Of a DNA stretch of 40,066 bases, positions 1 to 10,221 are shown one piece after another. The translations under genes and the position numbers were made by a program. Position 1 is the first letter of the stretch. Every line of letters starts with the position of its first letter. Source of the stretch: Chrysochromulina tobinii. Taxonomy: Eukaryota. The notes beneath the pieces are model-generated. The model had not been told where the DNA came from, did no database searches, and saw only the letters and a program-made list of their open reading frames with translations. The DNA lies in NCBI GenBank assembly GCA_001275005.1, contig JWZX01003264.1, positions 1 through 40,066 of the forward strand, given 5' to 3'.

Positions 1-869
1 GACGGCGGTGATGGCGGCGGCGACGGCGGCGGCGATGGCGGCGGTGGTGATGGCGGCGGCGACGGCGGCGGCGACGGCGGCGGTGGTGATGGCGCCCGCA
101 CGAGTGCCTGGACGACGGATTGGACACTGACGCCCGTAACGCCGATGCCAAGTGCGAGAGTCAAGTCGGGTGGCGTCGCATTGACGAGTTGAGTGCGCCC
201 TGCGCTCGCCTGCGCAAGAGTGGCGTAGGTCATGCGAAGGTCAGCGCGCACGCTGGCCGACAGCACGCGCATCAGTGCCACACGATCGACGGCGAGGCCA
301 GCGTAGCTAGCAAGGCTGGTGCGCAGCGCGAGCCGCGCCGCCGCATCAAACTCGTCGAGGGAGAGGGCGAGCAGAAATGAGACGTCGAGCAGCGCCGCCA
401 CCGTGCCGCCGGGGCTCGCGGGAGGCAGTGCCGGTGGCGGTGGCAGTGGCGGCGGTGGCTTTGGAGGCCATCTGGGTGGAGGAGGGGACGGTTCAGCAGG
501 CTGTGACGGAGGTGATGGCAGTTGCGGCGGTGGCTTTGGAGGCCATGCGGGTGGAGGCGGAGGCAGCCGAGGCGATAGCGGCCGCGGCGGCGATGGCGGC
601 GGCGATGGCGGCGGCGAAGGCGGAGGAGGCGAAGGCGGAGGAGGCGATGGCGACGGCGGAGGAGGTGAAGGCGAAGGTCGAGGAGGCGACGGTGGTGGCG
701 AAGGCGGAGGAGGCGAAGGCGGAGGCGAGGGCGGCGGCGGTGGGCATGGTGGGAGACGCGGCGGCGCCGGTGGCGACTCTGGTGGCGACGGAGGCGATGG
801 TGGCGGAACGAACGGGCTTGGTGGTGGAGGAGGGGACGGTTCAGGCGATGACGGTGGGTACGGCGGCAT
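1..869 (-). CDS. Pro/Ser-rich (SPPP, extensin/pherophorin-like) surface protein with a globular SEA-like segment; 3'-partial, runs off the window start
   Basis: Minus frame from ATG 869 reads MPPYPPSSPEPSPPPP...ASPGGTVAALLDVSFLLALSLDEFDAAARLALRTSLASYAGLAVDRV...VSVQSVVQALVRAPSPPP with no stop to position 1. It is absent from the ORF track because it is open-ended. The listed Gly-rich and Ala-rich plus-strand ORFs are its shadows. No signal peptide at 869, so an upstream exon is possible. Confidence 0.7.
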   Translation of the reverse strand, partial: MPPYPPSSPEPSPPPPPSPFVPPPSPPSPPESPPAPPRLPPCPPPPPSPPPSPPPPSPPPSPPRPSPSPPPPSPSPPPPSPPPPSPPPSPPPSPPRPLSPRLPPPPPAWPPKPPPQLPSPPSQPAEPSPPPPRWPPKPPPPLPPPPALPPASPGGTVAALLDVSFLLALSLDEFDAAARLALRTSLASYAGLAVDRVALMRVLSASVRADLRMTYATLAQASAGRTQLVNATPPDLTLALGIGVTGVSVQSVVQALVRAPSPPPPSPPPSPPPSPPPPSPPPSPPPSPP

Positions 870-1144
870 GGCTATCTAGCTTTTTTTTCAAGCGAGCATG
901 TAATAGCGCAAAGGGCACCAGAGCAGTCGTCCAACACGCGCGACCCGCAACAAAATCACGTCAAAACTTCGCGACGGTTTCAGAATTCCGCAGAGGCATG
1001 GTCATCGAACTGTTATGAAATTTCGTCTGTTGCTGGGCGCACCTTCGAAGGGAGCGAGTTACGGCAACCGACGAATTCTTGCAAGTTTTAATCGCGGCAC
1101 GTGGCGACCTTTGTTCGCGTCGGAGCACTTACCCGCGATCTGCG

Positions 1145-3490
1145 ATGGGTGTTGAAGACGTCAAAGCGGCCTTCGAAGGCCTATCGATCCCGTGGGAGTG
1201 CGTCGAGCACAACCCCATCGAAAAGGTGGAGGAGGGCCTCGAGCTCGACTCGATCAAGTCGCTCGGCTGCAGCTTCGCCAAGAATTTGTTCATCAAGGAC
1301 AAGAAGGCTGGCTTCTTCCTGCTCGTGGTGACCGCGGACCGCAAGCTCGACATGAAGAAGCTGCCCGGCCTCCTCGGCAAGGGCACGAAGGAGTTCCGCT
1401 TCGCGGACGAGGCAGCGCTGAAGGAAAAGCTCGGCTGCGGCAAGGGCGCCGCCTCGCCGCTGGGCGTCATGACCGACGCCGCTGGCGAGGTGACAGTGGT
1501 GCTCGACGAGGAGCTGATGGGCGCCGCCAAGATTGGGTGCCACCCGTGCCAGAACGACCACACGCTCGCGCTCACTCCCGATCAGCTCAAGGCCTTCCTC
1601 GCCAAGTACTCGCACGAGCCGATGCTCGTCAACTTTGCGGCGGCGGCTCCTGGCGAGGCGCCGGCCGGCGGCGCCGCGGCGCCGCCGCCGAAGAAGGCGC
1701 CGGCGAAGATAGAGGAGGAGGCGAAGGTGGTGGGCAAGAAGGAGGGCGCCGATTCCAAGGGCCTCGAGTACACCAAGGCGGGCAACTTCCCCAACTGGTA
1801 CCAGCAGGTGATCCGCAAGAGTGAGATGATTGCCTCCCTCATCAGGTGATCCGCAAGAGTGAGATGATTGCCTCCCTCATCAGGTGATCCACAAGAGTGA
1901 GATGATCGAGTTTTACGACATCTCGGGCTGCTACATCCTGCGCCCGTGGTCGTTCAGCCTGTGGGAGGCGATCACCGAGTTCTTCGACGGGCGCATCAAG
2001 AAGATGGGCGTCAAGAACTGTTACTTCCCCATGTTCGTCTCCGAGGCGAAGCTGAACGCCGAGAAGGATCACGTCGAGGGCTTCGCCCCCGAGGTCGCGT
2101 GGGTGACCCGGTCGGGCGACGGCGAGCTCGAGCAGCCCATTGCGATTCGGCCCACGTCGGAGACGATCATGTACCCGGCGTACGCATGCTGGATCCGCTC
2201 GCATCGCGACCTGCCCCTGCTCCTCAACCAGTGGTGTAGCGTCGTGCGCTGGGAGTTTAAGCACCCGACGCCCTTCCTGCGCACGCGCGAGTTCCTCTGG
2301 CAGGAGGGGCACACCGCGCACGGCTCGTACGAGGAGGCGGACAAGATGGTGATGGACATCCTGGGGCACTACAAGGCCATCTACGAAGAGCTCCTCGCCG
2401 TGCCCGTCATCAAGGGCTACAAGACCGAGAAGGAGAAGTTTGCGGGTGGATTTCGGACGACGACGGTGGAGGCCTACGTGCCAGCGACGGGCCGCGCCAT
2501 CCAGGGCGCCACCTCGCACAACCTGGGCAAGAACTTTGGCAAGATGTTCAAGATCGAGTACGAGGACAAGCAGGGACAGAAGCAGATCCCCTGGCAGACG
2601 TCGTGGGGCTTCACCACGCGCTCGATCGGCGTGATGGTCATGGTCCACTCGGACGATACCGGTCTGGTCCTGCCGCCGCGTGTCGCGCCCATCCAGGTGG
2701 TCATTGTGCCGATCGTCATGAGCGGGATGAACCTGGACACGCTGAGCGGCGCGGCGAGCGATCTCGCGTCCCAGCTGCGCGCGAGCGGCGTGCGCGTCGA
2801 GCTTGACGATCGCGACAACTACAACCCCGGCTGGAAGTACAATTATTGGGAGCTCAAGGGAGTGCCGCTGCGCCTCGAGCTAGGTCCCAAGGACCTTGAG
2901 AAGCGGCAGGTGCGCTCTCCCTGGATTGCCCTTGATTACTATTGATTGCAGCTCCGCGATGTCCTCGAGAAGCGGCAGGTGCGCGTGCTGTCCAAGGTGC
3001 TCATGGGCCCTCGGCATGCAAGTGCTCATCACGGCGCCCTCGCCTCTCCCCACAGGTGCGCGTGGTGCGCCGCGATACGAATGCGAAGCTCGACGTGCCG
3101 TGGAGCGTGCTGCCACAGCAGATTGCGCTGCTGCTCGTGCAGATGCAGCACGAGATGCTCGAGCGCGCGACCGCGCTGCGCGACGCGGCGCTCAAAACGG
3201 TGGTCGAGTGGAAGGACTTCGTGCCTACGCTCCAGCTGGGGCACATGGCGCTCACGCCCTTCTGCAACGACGAGGAGGCGACGCACTTTGAGGAGCTCGT
3301 CAAAGAGAAGTCGAAGGCCGAGGCGCTCGCCGCGTCGGGCGCAGAGGCGGAGGACGCGAGGACGTCAACATCGGTCGCCGCCAAGACTCTCTGCATTCCC
3401 TTCGAGCAGCCGCCACTGCCCGAGGGCACTAAGTGCTTCATCTCGGGCAAGCTCGCCACCTGCTGGGTGCTTTGGGGACGCTCCTACTGA
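1145..3490 (+). CDS. proS: Eukaryote-type prolyl-tRNA synthetase with N-terminal YbaK/ProXp-ala editing domain; join(1145..1807,1884..2909,3056..3490)
   Basis: [10 protein letters not shown] editing domain; class II motifs [47 protein letters not shown]; anticodon domain [24 protein letters not shown]-terminal GRSY. Two phase-0 GT-AG introns restore the frame. Confidence 0.96.
1808..1883 (+). other. Intron made of two 38-nt units (copy of downstream exon start + tgcctccctcatcag)
   Basis: cag|gtgatccgcaagagtgagatgattgcctccctcatcag x2 |gtgatccacaagagtgagatgat; removal joins NWYQQ to [15 protein letters not shown]. Confidence 0.9.
2910..3055 (+). other. Composite intron: cassette-B unit 2910-2978 plus cassette-A unit 2979-3055
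   Basis: Internal copy of the exon junction gagaagcggcag|gtgcgcgtg at about 2967-2987; ends gcatgcaagtgctcatcacggcgccctcgcctctccccacag; removal gives [12 protein letters not shown]. Confidence 0.88.
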
Positions 3491-4350
3491 GCGCTGCCCT
3501 GCGCCCTCCCTCGCCTCCGTCGCCGGTGTGCGACGAGGCGTCGCGTGCGCAGGAGGCTTGCCGCTGTCCGTCGGCGCAGACGCACAGAGACGCGCCTGGA
3601 CGCGCCCGAGGGCGGCGGCTGCATGTGGCAATTGTGGAGGTGGGCCAGCCGAGAATAGAGGCCAGCGGGATTTCAGGGCTGGGGAGGAGCGTGTGGCAGA
3701 GGGCGCTTCGTGCCCTCCAGGTGGTGTCTTTGCGGTCTGAGGCGTTGAGCGGCTCTCACCGCCCGATCAGTTGCGCGTCCGAGATCGCACGCGACGTCGG
3801 AGGGCCCGGGAATGACACAGGTCACAGCACACAGCGTGTTGAGGGGGGGTGAAGACCCATGGTAGGTTGCATTCAAATTTCCCGAACAGGTGTAGGGTTG
3901 GGCCCTCCGACGCGTACATCCTATAGAACGTGCAACGTGGAAAAAACGGACGCGATGTCGGCGATTAGATCCGGCCCGGCCGTTGCTTCGCGGCCTTCCA
4001 AAGCACGGCATGTCCGGGCGCTTCGCGCGTCTTGCTCTCCGCACAGCGTCACCTCCGTCGCGCCTCTCGAAGCGGCGCGCGCGCGCGCGCAGCGCACTGC
4101 CTCGCGAGACGGCGAGAGATACTCTTCGTCGCAGGGTCGTCTGCCTCTCTGGTTGCGCTCTCTCTCTTCGCTTCATAAGCTACAGCTTGAGTGCGGTACT
4201 CATCAGCTTGAGTGCGGTACTGGTACGGCACCGCTCGACATTCCCGAAGCGCTCCCCCCCGTGATTATAGGCAACGCCCCCCGGCGGGCGCTTCCACCGA
4301 CCAGCCCAGCTACGAACTAGGGAGTGTGGTTGCGTCGCCACACGTCGTCG

Positions 4351-6576
4351 TTAGAGCCCAAACAATCGGCTCAATCGGCCACGCGCTGCGGCCTTGCGCT
4401 CGGCCAGGGCCTTGACCAGCCGCAAGACGTCCTTCTCGTCGAATTGGAGGACCGTGGCGATGACCTCGAAGAGTTGCTCGCTTTCGTCAGATCCCTCGAG
4501 CTCGATGAACTTGACGATGACGTGGCGCAGGTAGTCCAAGTTTTGGCTGTCGGCTTGGAGCACCGCCTGATGCCGCAGCTGCTGCAGGTCCGCTTGCGCC
4601 GCGTTCAGCTCGCCCTCGAGGGTCTGACTCCGTATGCGCTCAACCGAAAGCTCCGCGTGCAGGCGTGCCTGTGACAAGGCGAGCCGCTGGAGAGCACTGC
4701 CCTCGTCGCTGCCCTCGCCCACGCCGTCGCTGCCCTCGCCCAGGACGGCGCTGCCCTCGACCATGACGGCGCGGCCATTGCCCACGACGGCGCCGTCCTT
4801 GCCCACGATGGCGCTGCTCGCGCCGCCAACGCCAGCCCCGTCGGCGACAGCGCTCGTCGCAGCGCCGGCGCCGTCGTGGGCATGCCCACGGCAGCGCTCG
4901 TCCTTGCCCACGTCGGCGCCGCGCCGCACGCCGCCCGGGACGACGCGAGCCTGCCCCTCGGGTGGGCGAGTATGCTGTGCGGCGGCCAGCGCGGTCTGTG
5001 CGGGCGCCATGGTGGGCGCCATGGTGGGCGCCATGGTGGGCGCCATGGCGGGCGTCTCAGCAGCAGCTCTCATCGTCCATTCCAGCCCCGTCATGTCGGG
5101 CGCCATGTCGGGCGCGGGCGGCTCGGCGGCAGGGGTGGACGCGGCCGCGGGTAGCGTCCGCCGCCGCATCTCTTCCTCCTGTTGCCCAAGGAGAGCGCGC
5201 GCTTTCTGCTTCACCTGCTTCGTCATCGGAGGGAGCAATCAAGAGCAATCAAGAGCGATCAAGAGCAATCAAGAGCAATCAATCAAGGAGAGCGTGTGCT
5301 TTCTGCTTCACCTGCTTCGTCATCGGAGGGAGCAATCAAAAGCGATCAAGAGCGATCAAGAGCAATCAAGAGCAATCAATCAAGGAGAGCGTGTGCTTTC
5401 TGCTTCACCTGCTTCGCCTCCGCCTTGGCCTCTCGCGCCTCAGCGGCCGCCTCCTCGCGCGCGGCCTCCGCCGTCGCGAGCGCCTGCCGTGCCTCGACCA
5501 AGGCGGCCTCCGCCTCCTCCGCACGCCGCAATTCTTTCGCCGCCGCCGCCGCCGCCGCCTTCCACGACGCCGCCAGCTGAGCCCTCGCCGCCTCAGCCGC
5601 CTCGACGCGCGCCTCGAGTCCGCGAGCCCCATGGCCTGTGGAAGGCGTCTGGGGCACCTGCATGCAATGAGGGATGCAATCAGCGGCAATCAGCGGCAAT
5701 CAGCGGCAATCAGCCTGTGGACGGCGCCTGGGGCACCTGGGAGTGAGCCGGCGTCTGGGGCGCCCGACGCAGCGAGCGAGCCTCCGCGGCCTCGCGCTCG
5801 GCCGCCGCACGCGCCGTCGCGAGCGCCTCGCGGAGCTCGGCGGCGACCTCTTCGGCCGCGGCGCTCGCTTTCTCGGCCGCCGTTCGCAAGGATCGCTCGC
5901 GATGCAACTCGGCGGCTTGCTCCGTCACTTTCACCATCAGCATCTTCACACGTGCGCCCGAGGCATCGGACGCCGCGCCGCCAGCGCCGTTGGCGGCGAC
6001 GGTGCCAGCCGCCGCCGCCGCCGCGCCCTCCTCAACCAATGGTGCGACCGCCACGGGCTCCTGTGCCTTGGCATCTCCCGACGTGCGCAGACGAGCGATC
6101 TCAAGCTGCATCGCCGACTCCTTGGCGTGTGCCGTCTTCAGCGCCGCTTCGAGGCTCGCGATCTGCTCGTCCTTCTCACGCATCCGCTTGAGCGCCTTGA
6201 GCTTCGTGCTGTTGAGCTCCTCCACCAGCGCACGGATGCGCTGCTCACCCGCCTCAAGGGCCCGGCGCTGCTGCGCACACAAGACGTCGAGCGCTGGCTT
6301 GCCAGGAGTGGCAGGGACTGGTGCTGCCGCGCTCGGTGCCGGCGCCGGCTCGTCAAGATCGAACTTGATCGTACCAGCATAGGGCTCGTCAGATGAGGGA
6401 GCTGCCTCGGGCGGAGCACCATCCTCTGGGAAGAATTGTAATGACGACGTTGCGATCGAGAGCCGCGACGTGGCTTCGGACAGGGACAGGCTTGAAGCCT
6501 GCTCAGCCGCCTGTGCTGCCGCTGCCGCCGCATGCTCCGCTGCGGCGGCCGCTTGCTCGCGGAGCGCTGCGAACAT
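4351..6576 (-). CDS. Coiled-coil golgin-like protein with C-terminal GRIP domain; complement(join(4351..5214,5409..5657,5737..6576))
   Basis: Ala/Glu-rich heptads; C-terminal NLDYLRHVIVKFIELEGSDESEQLFEVIATVLQFDEKD matches the GRIP pattern (YL.n...F....e...L..vi.t.L.F); two phase-0 introns link three listed ORFs. Confidence 0.82.
5215..5408 (-). other. Intron of two 97-nt units (exon-junction copy + TGATTGCTCT decamer array)
   Basis: Sense: cgaagcag|gtgaagcagaaagcacacgctctccttg-attgattgctcttgattgctct...ccctccgatgacgaagcag, twice, then exon gtgaagcagaaagcgcgcgctctccttg. Confidence 0.88.
5658..5736 (-). other. Intron (24-nt downstream-exon copy + TGATTGCCGC array)
   Basis: Sense: cag|gtgccccaggcgccgtccacaggc-tgattgccgc x3-tgattgcatccctcattgcatgcag|gtgccccagacgccttccacaggc. 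Confidence 0.88.
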
Positions 6577-6583
6577 GAAGACC

Positions 6584-6616
6584 CAAGTCAAGTCAAGTCG
6601 AGTCAAGTCAAGTCAA
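6584..6616. repeat. (CAAGT)n / (GACTT)n pentanucleotide microsatellite
   Basis: caagtcaagtcaagtcgagtcaagtcaagtcaa immediately upstream of the golgin ATG. Confidence 0.95.
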
Positions 6617-6726
6617 ATCCCACAGGAGACGACGAATCCCAATAGAGAAGGGACCTAGATGCCCTATAGGCCTAATTCTATTCCCGCCAACCCGATTGCG
6701 CGCGGTGGCGGGCGAAAAAACAAAAC

Positions 6727-7512
6727 ATGGCGTTCCAGTATGCTGAACCAGGTGCGCTGGGCGACCTGGGCGCCGCGACCGTCGCGCTGCTGGTGTGGTA
6801 CTATGTGGCGTTGTTTACGCAGAGCTACGCCAAGATTGCGCTGGTGCAGCGGCAGCGGCGAGCCTCGTTCGGGCTGCTGAGTTACAGGACCTGCTCTTAC
6901 ACGGACCCGGCCGTCGCGCGTTTAAAGTACGGGGTTCCGCACGACTCGCCTATCGCGCTGACTGCTGATCGCACGGCCGGCAATCTGAGCGAGCAGCTGG
7001 TGCCGTTCTTGGCGTCAGCGTGGCTCCGCGCGCTCCTAGTGCCGGGCGCAGCTGCATCGAGCGGCCGTCTGTGCTATGCGTATCTCGTCTCGAGAATGGT
7101 GTACCCCTTTGCCTTCTACGCCGGCCACCCATTGCTCCAGCTCTCAACACAGCCGGGGTACTTGATTGTGTGGGGACAGCTCGCAGACCTGTATATGTTT
7201 CACGCCGGGGATCCGCCAACCTGGTGGTCTGCCGCGCGCACTGAGGTTGCTATTCTTACGCTGGCCGCTGCTTGTGAAGTCCTCATCCTTGGCCAATGGG
7301 CTGCCGCAAGGTTGTCGAAGGGCGACGCTAGCAAGGACCAGTCCGATGCGAGCACGCAGCCGCCATCTCCGCCGGGGAGTTCGCGGCGCAAGGCGCAAGG
7401 GAACAGGCGTGACGCGCCTTCTCGCTCCCCGAGTCGCCACGAGACAGATTGCGCGTTGCGCCGGAGCACTGTTGCGTCGCCGTCGGTGGAGGTGGTGAGA
7501 AGGCACACGTGA
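6727..7512 (+). CDS. MAPEG-family membrane protein
   Basis: Hydrophobic helices with ADRTAGNLSEQLVPFL (R...N..E) and YLVSRMVYP motifs; low-complexity C-terminal tail. Confidence 0.75.
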   Translation: MAFQYAEPGALGDLGAATVALLVWYYVALFTQSYAKIALVQRQRRASFGLLSYRTCSYTDPAVARLKYGVPHDSPIALTADRTAGNLSEQLVPFLASAWLRALLVPGAAASSGRLCYAYLVSRMVYPFAFYAGHPLLQLSTQPGYLIVWGQLADLYMFHAGDPPTWWSAARTEVAILTLAAACEVLILGQWAAARLSKGDASKDQSDASTQPPSPPGSSRRKAQGNRRDAPSRSPSRHETDCALRRSTVASPSVEVVRRHT

Positions 7513-7695
7513 TCGTGGACTGAGACTGTGTTTGAGAATACTCTAGAAATACGCGGGTCCTTGCCTCGCTCTGAACCGTTGCATCCCAGGGCAACACAGG
7601 TCGCACAGCGATCGGCCCGCACACGACCTCACACCGACGTCACGCGAGGCGCAGCGCCCGGGGGCCGGCATGTGTGGATTATATACACAGAGAAG

Positions 7696-8322
7696 TCATA
7701 GCACGTGGCTCAAGGGCGTGCCGCTTCCATCGGCGGCTGCGGCCGCCTTGAGTCGCGCGTTGCGTTGCTTTCGCTGGCCGAGCGCGTCGAGCCCGCAGCG
7801 CACGAGCATGACCAGACTCACGAGGATGATGACGACCTTCATCATCGGCAACATCCATTGGCCTAACAAGACGTCACCAGCGTCCAGTTCCTGAGCGTTG
7901 TCCGCAGGCTGCCCCCCATGCACAGCATGGGGATTCGGCAAGCCTGCATCATATTTCAGGAGCGGAGTGGCAGCAATCGCCGATTCCCTATGCCATCTGG
8001 TCGCATTGTTCACAGGGACCACGGAGGTGGGAGGCTTGAACTCGGCCTGGAAGAGCGCGTGAAGCTGCTTGTAGCTGTACATGGAAAGGTCGAGGGTCCT
8101 CTTGCGGCCGTCGTCGTCCTCCACCACTAGATCGGGATTGTGATGACGAATCCACTCAATCTTGACCATTGAGTACTGGTCGACACCGCCCGGCTCCTTC
8201 AGAAAGCGCTTTACCTGAGGCAAGCTATTGAGCTTTCAGGCGGGGCACGATATGACAGTGCCACGCTTGGCGACAGATGACGGCAACTGCATCACGAGAA
8301 CAGCAACCCCGAATCGGCGCAT
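7696..8322 (-). CDS. SELENOM: SelM/Sep15-family selenoprotein (CxxU; UGA at 8236-8238) with signal peptide and C-terminal transmembrane helix
   Basis: MRRFGVAVLVMQLPSSVAKRGTVISCPA-UGA-KLNSLPQVKRFLKEPGGVDQYSMVKIEWIRHHNPDLV. The in-frame TGA sits at the Sec position of SelM (CGGUQLNRL) and Sep15 (CGUKLGRFPQV), with family similarity on both sides. Confidence 0.85.
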
Positions 8323-8577
8323 GTTGCTGCGCTTTCTTGTGCCCCTCGAGCAAAAACAGGGCGCAGTACGAGAGAGAGTAGCCTATTTATAGAACGGGGT
8401 GTGAAGGAGGTACGGCGCCGGAAAAGAAGTGCGGGGACATGTTTCGTCAAGCCATCATCGTACTTCCTCTTTTGGGAGTTGACGAGACGCGCGTGCGAAC
8501 CGCCACCACATGGAATACGGGTAGCGCTCATCCTCTCATCCGAGGCTCTTATTCACCCCCAACTCCCCACCCCCTCC

Positions 8578-9660
8578 ATGAGCGCCGACGACGGTACAAC
8601 CACCAGGAGTTCCTACAAGGCCCCGACTTCTTTCGATGCTCTCCTCTCGGAGCCCAAGGGGAAGACTGTGTACTTTGCCGGCGAGGCATTTATGCTTCAC
8701 GTCTTTTGGGAGACTCCTTCGCGCGAGGCTGCCACAGAACTCTTGAGAGGTCTCTCCTTGTGCGCTGCGGCGACCCACCGCAACACTCCATGCGTGCCAG
8801 TCTACTTCTTCAGATTATCCAGCTGTGACGACGACCTCTGCCCACCGCCCCCAACAACGGTGGGGAACTTTCCCGCGCTGATGGATGCCTCCCGCAAACT
8901 CTCCAGAGGCGTCCCCGCGCCCGCTGTTCACGCTGAGCTAAAGAAGAAGGGTGTTGACGTGGCGCTCCTTTCCTTGCCCACCGACGCTCCCCTTCCACCA
9001 GAACTGCTGAACCGCCAAGCGTGCATCATCGAGCTTACCGAGGTGTACCTTGACGAGCGCGCGTTTGTGGAGCACGCCGGGAGTCGCGACTACCTCGACG
9101 GGCACGCGGCCGTCATGAGTCCTGCGTTGCAGAGTATCAGGCGGCCACGGTCTCTGCAGCTAGGAACTCCGAACGCGGGATTGGTGGAGCGCATTTTGGA
9201 GCCTGTGCTGCAGGCTACTGAAGTCCCACTCGGCGGCGGGAACTGCTTCGTTTGGCGTCCCTTGCCATCCCCGTCACCGAACAATGAGGAAGAAGGCGGA
9301 GGCGCTTCTATGTTCCTCTCTCTCGACACAGAACGGCTTCCCCCCGACCGCGCATCCGCAGCTCTACCCTCGGCGTTCGTCGAATTGTGCTGTACCCTAA
9401 CAGTCTTCGAGCACCCTCTTCGCGACGGAGCAACTCGTGTCATGGCTGTGCTCTACGAGTGGCCGACTGCCGCCCTCCTTGAGGAAGTTGACCGCGCTCT
9501 GCTGCACGTCGCGCGAGGACAGGCCCATGTGCTTGACGCCGAGAGAGCGGCATCGCTCCCGCAACTCTTTGAGGCTGCTGGCCTTCATGGGCGTGTGATT
9601 CTCAACACCAACTCTGCGGGCTACGTCCTTCACTCCAAGGCGGCACACCTGACGACGTAA
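8578..9660 (+). CDS. Hypothetical protein, possible ABM-like (dimeric alpha-beta barrel) domain
   Basis: Intronless 360-aa ORF; FMLHVFWETPSREAATELLRGL...VYFFRL and IIELTEVYLDERAFVEHAGS resemble two halves of an ABM fold. Confidence 0.6.
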   Translation: MSADDGTTTRSSYKAPTSFDALLSEPKGKTVYFAGEAFMLHVFWETPSREAATELLRGLSLCAAATHRNTPCVPVYFFRLSSCDDDLCPPPPTTVGNFPALMDASRKLSRGVPAPAVHAELKKKGVDVALLSLPTDAPLPPELLNRQACIIELTEVYLDERAFVEHAGSRDYLDGHAAVMSPALQSIRRPRSLQLGTPNAGLVERILEPVLQATEVPLGGGNCFVWRPLPSPSPNNEEEGGGASMFLSLDTERLPPDRASAALPSAFVELCCTLTVFEHPLRDGATRVMAVLYEWPTAALLEEVDRALLHVARGQAHVLDAERAASLPQLFEAAGLHGRVILNTNSAGYVLHSKAAHLTT

Positions 9661-9776
9661 GTCGGCACCAAAAGAACTGCCATTATCCCCCGAAGAACTG
9701 CGACGGAATCGCTCGAGCTCTCTGCGCTCCCAACCCCAACCCGAACAGCTTTCATAACAATAATTGCAAATCTCCG

Positions 9777-10221
9777 CAGCATGGGGATTCGGCAAGCCTG
9801 CATCATATTTCAGGAGCGGAGTGGCAGCAATCGCCGATTCCCTATGCCATCTGGTCGCATTGTTCACACTCAGGGACCACGGACGAGGTGGGAGGCTTGA
9901 ACTCGGCCTGGAAGAGCGCGTGAAGTTGCTTGTAGCTGTACATGGAAAGGTCGAGGGTCCTTTTGCGGCCGTCGTCGTCCTCCGGACCACTTCCACTAGA
10001 TCGGGGGGGTTGTGATGACGAATCCACTCAATCTTGACCATAGAGTACTTGTCGACACCGCCCGGCTCCTTCAGAAAGCGCTTTACCTGAGCGCTGAGGC
10101 AAGCTATTGCGTTGAGCTTTCACGGTTTCAGGCGGGGCACGATATGATAGTGGTTAGTGCCACGCTTGCCGACAGATGACGGCAGCTGCATCACGAGAAC
10201 AGCAACCTCGAATCGGCGCAT
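9777..10221 (-). pseudogene. 3'-truncated, frameshifted copy of the SelM-like gene (duplication extends through the promoter to about 10383)
   Basis: Near-identical to 7923-8322 but with many small insertions; Sec TGA retained at 10128-10130; lacks the TM-coding end and 3' UTR. Confidence 0.9.

Noticed and set aside
319..1018. Gly-rich and Ala-rich plus-strand ORFs
   Set aside because: Antisense shadows of the minus-strand SPPP-rich gene, which has a sensible globular segment in frame
1145..1700. YbaK/ProXp-ala fusion to ProRS as a novelty
   Set aside because: N-terminal editing-domain fusions to eukaryote-type ProRS are already known in many protists and fungi
3830..4180. Possible transposon end or ncRNA in the ProRS-golgin intergenic gap
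   Set aside because: No terminal inverted repeat, TSD or recognisable RNA fold found
5221..5400. Regularly spaced repeats suggesting a CRISPR array or telomeric repeat
   Set aside because: Eukaryotic context, no unique spacers, and the repeats lie inside GT-AG introns; no TTAGGG-type unit
7560..7660. Specific SECIS call for the SelM-like gene
   Set aside because: GTGAC and hairpins are present but I could not place the apical AA and GA quartet at canonical spacing
9397..10041. 214-aa minus-strand ORF as a chimeric gene
   Set aside because: Read-through from the frameshifted SelM pseudogene into the antisense of the 8578-9660 gene
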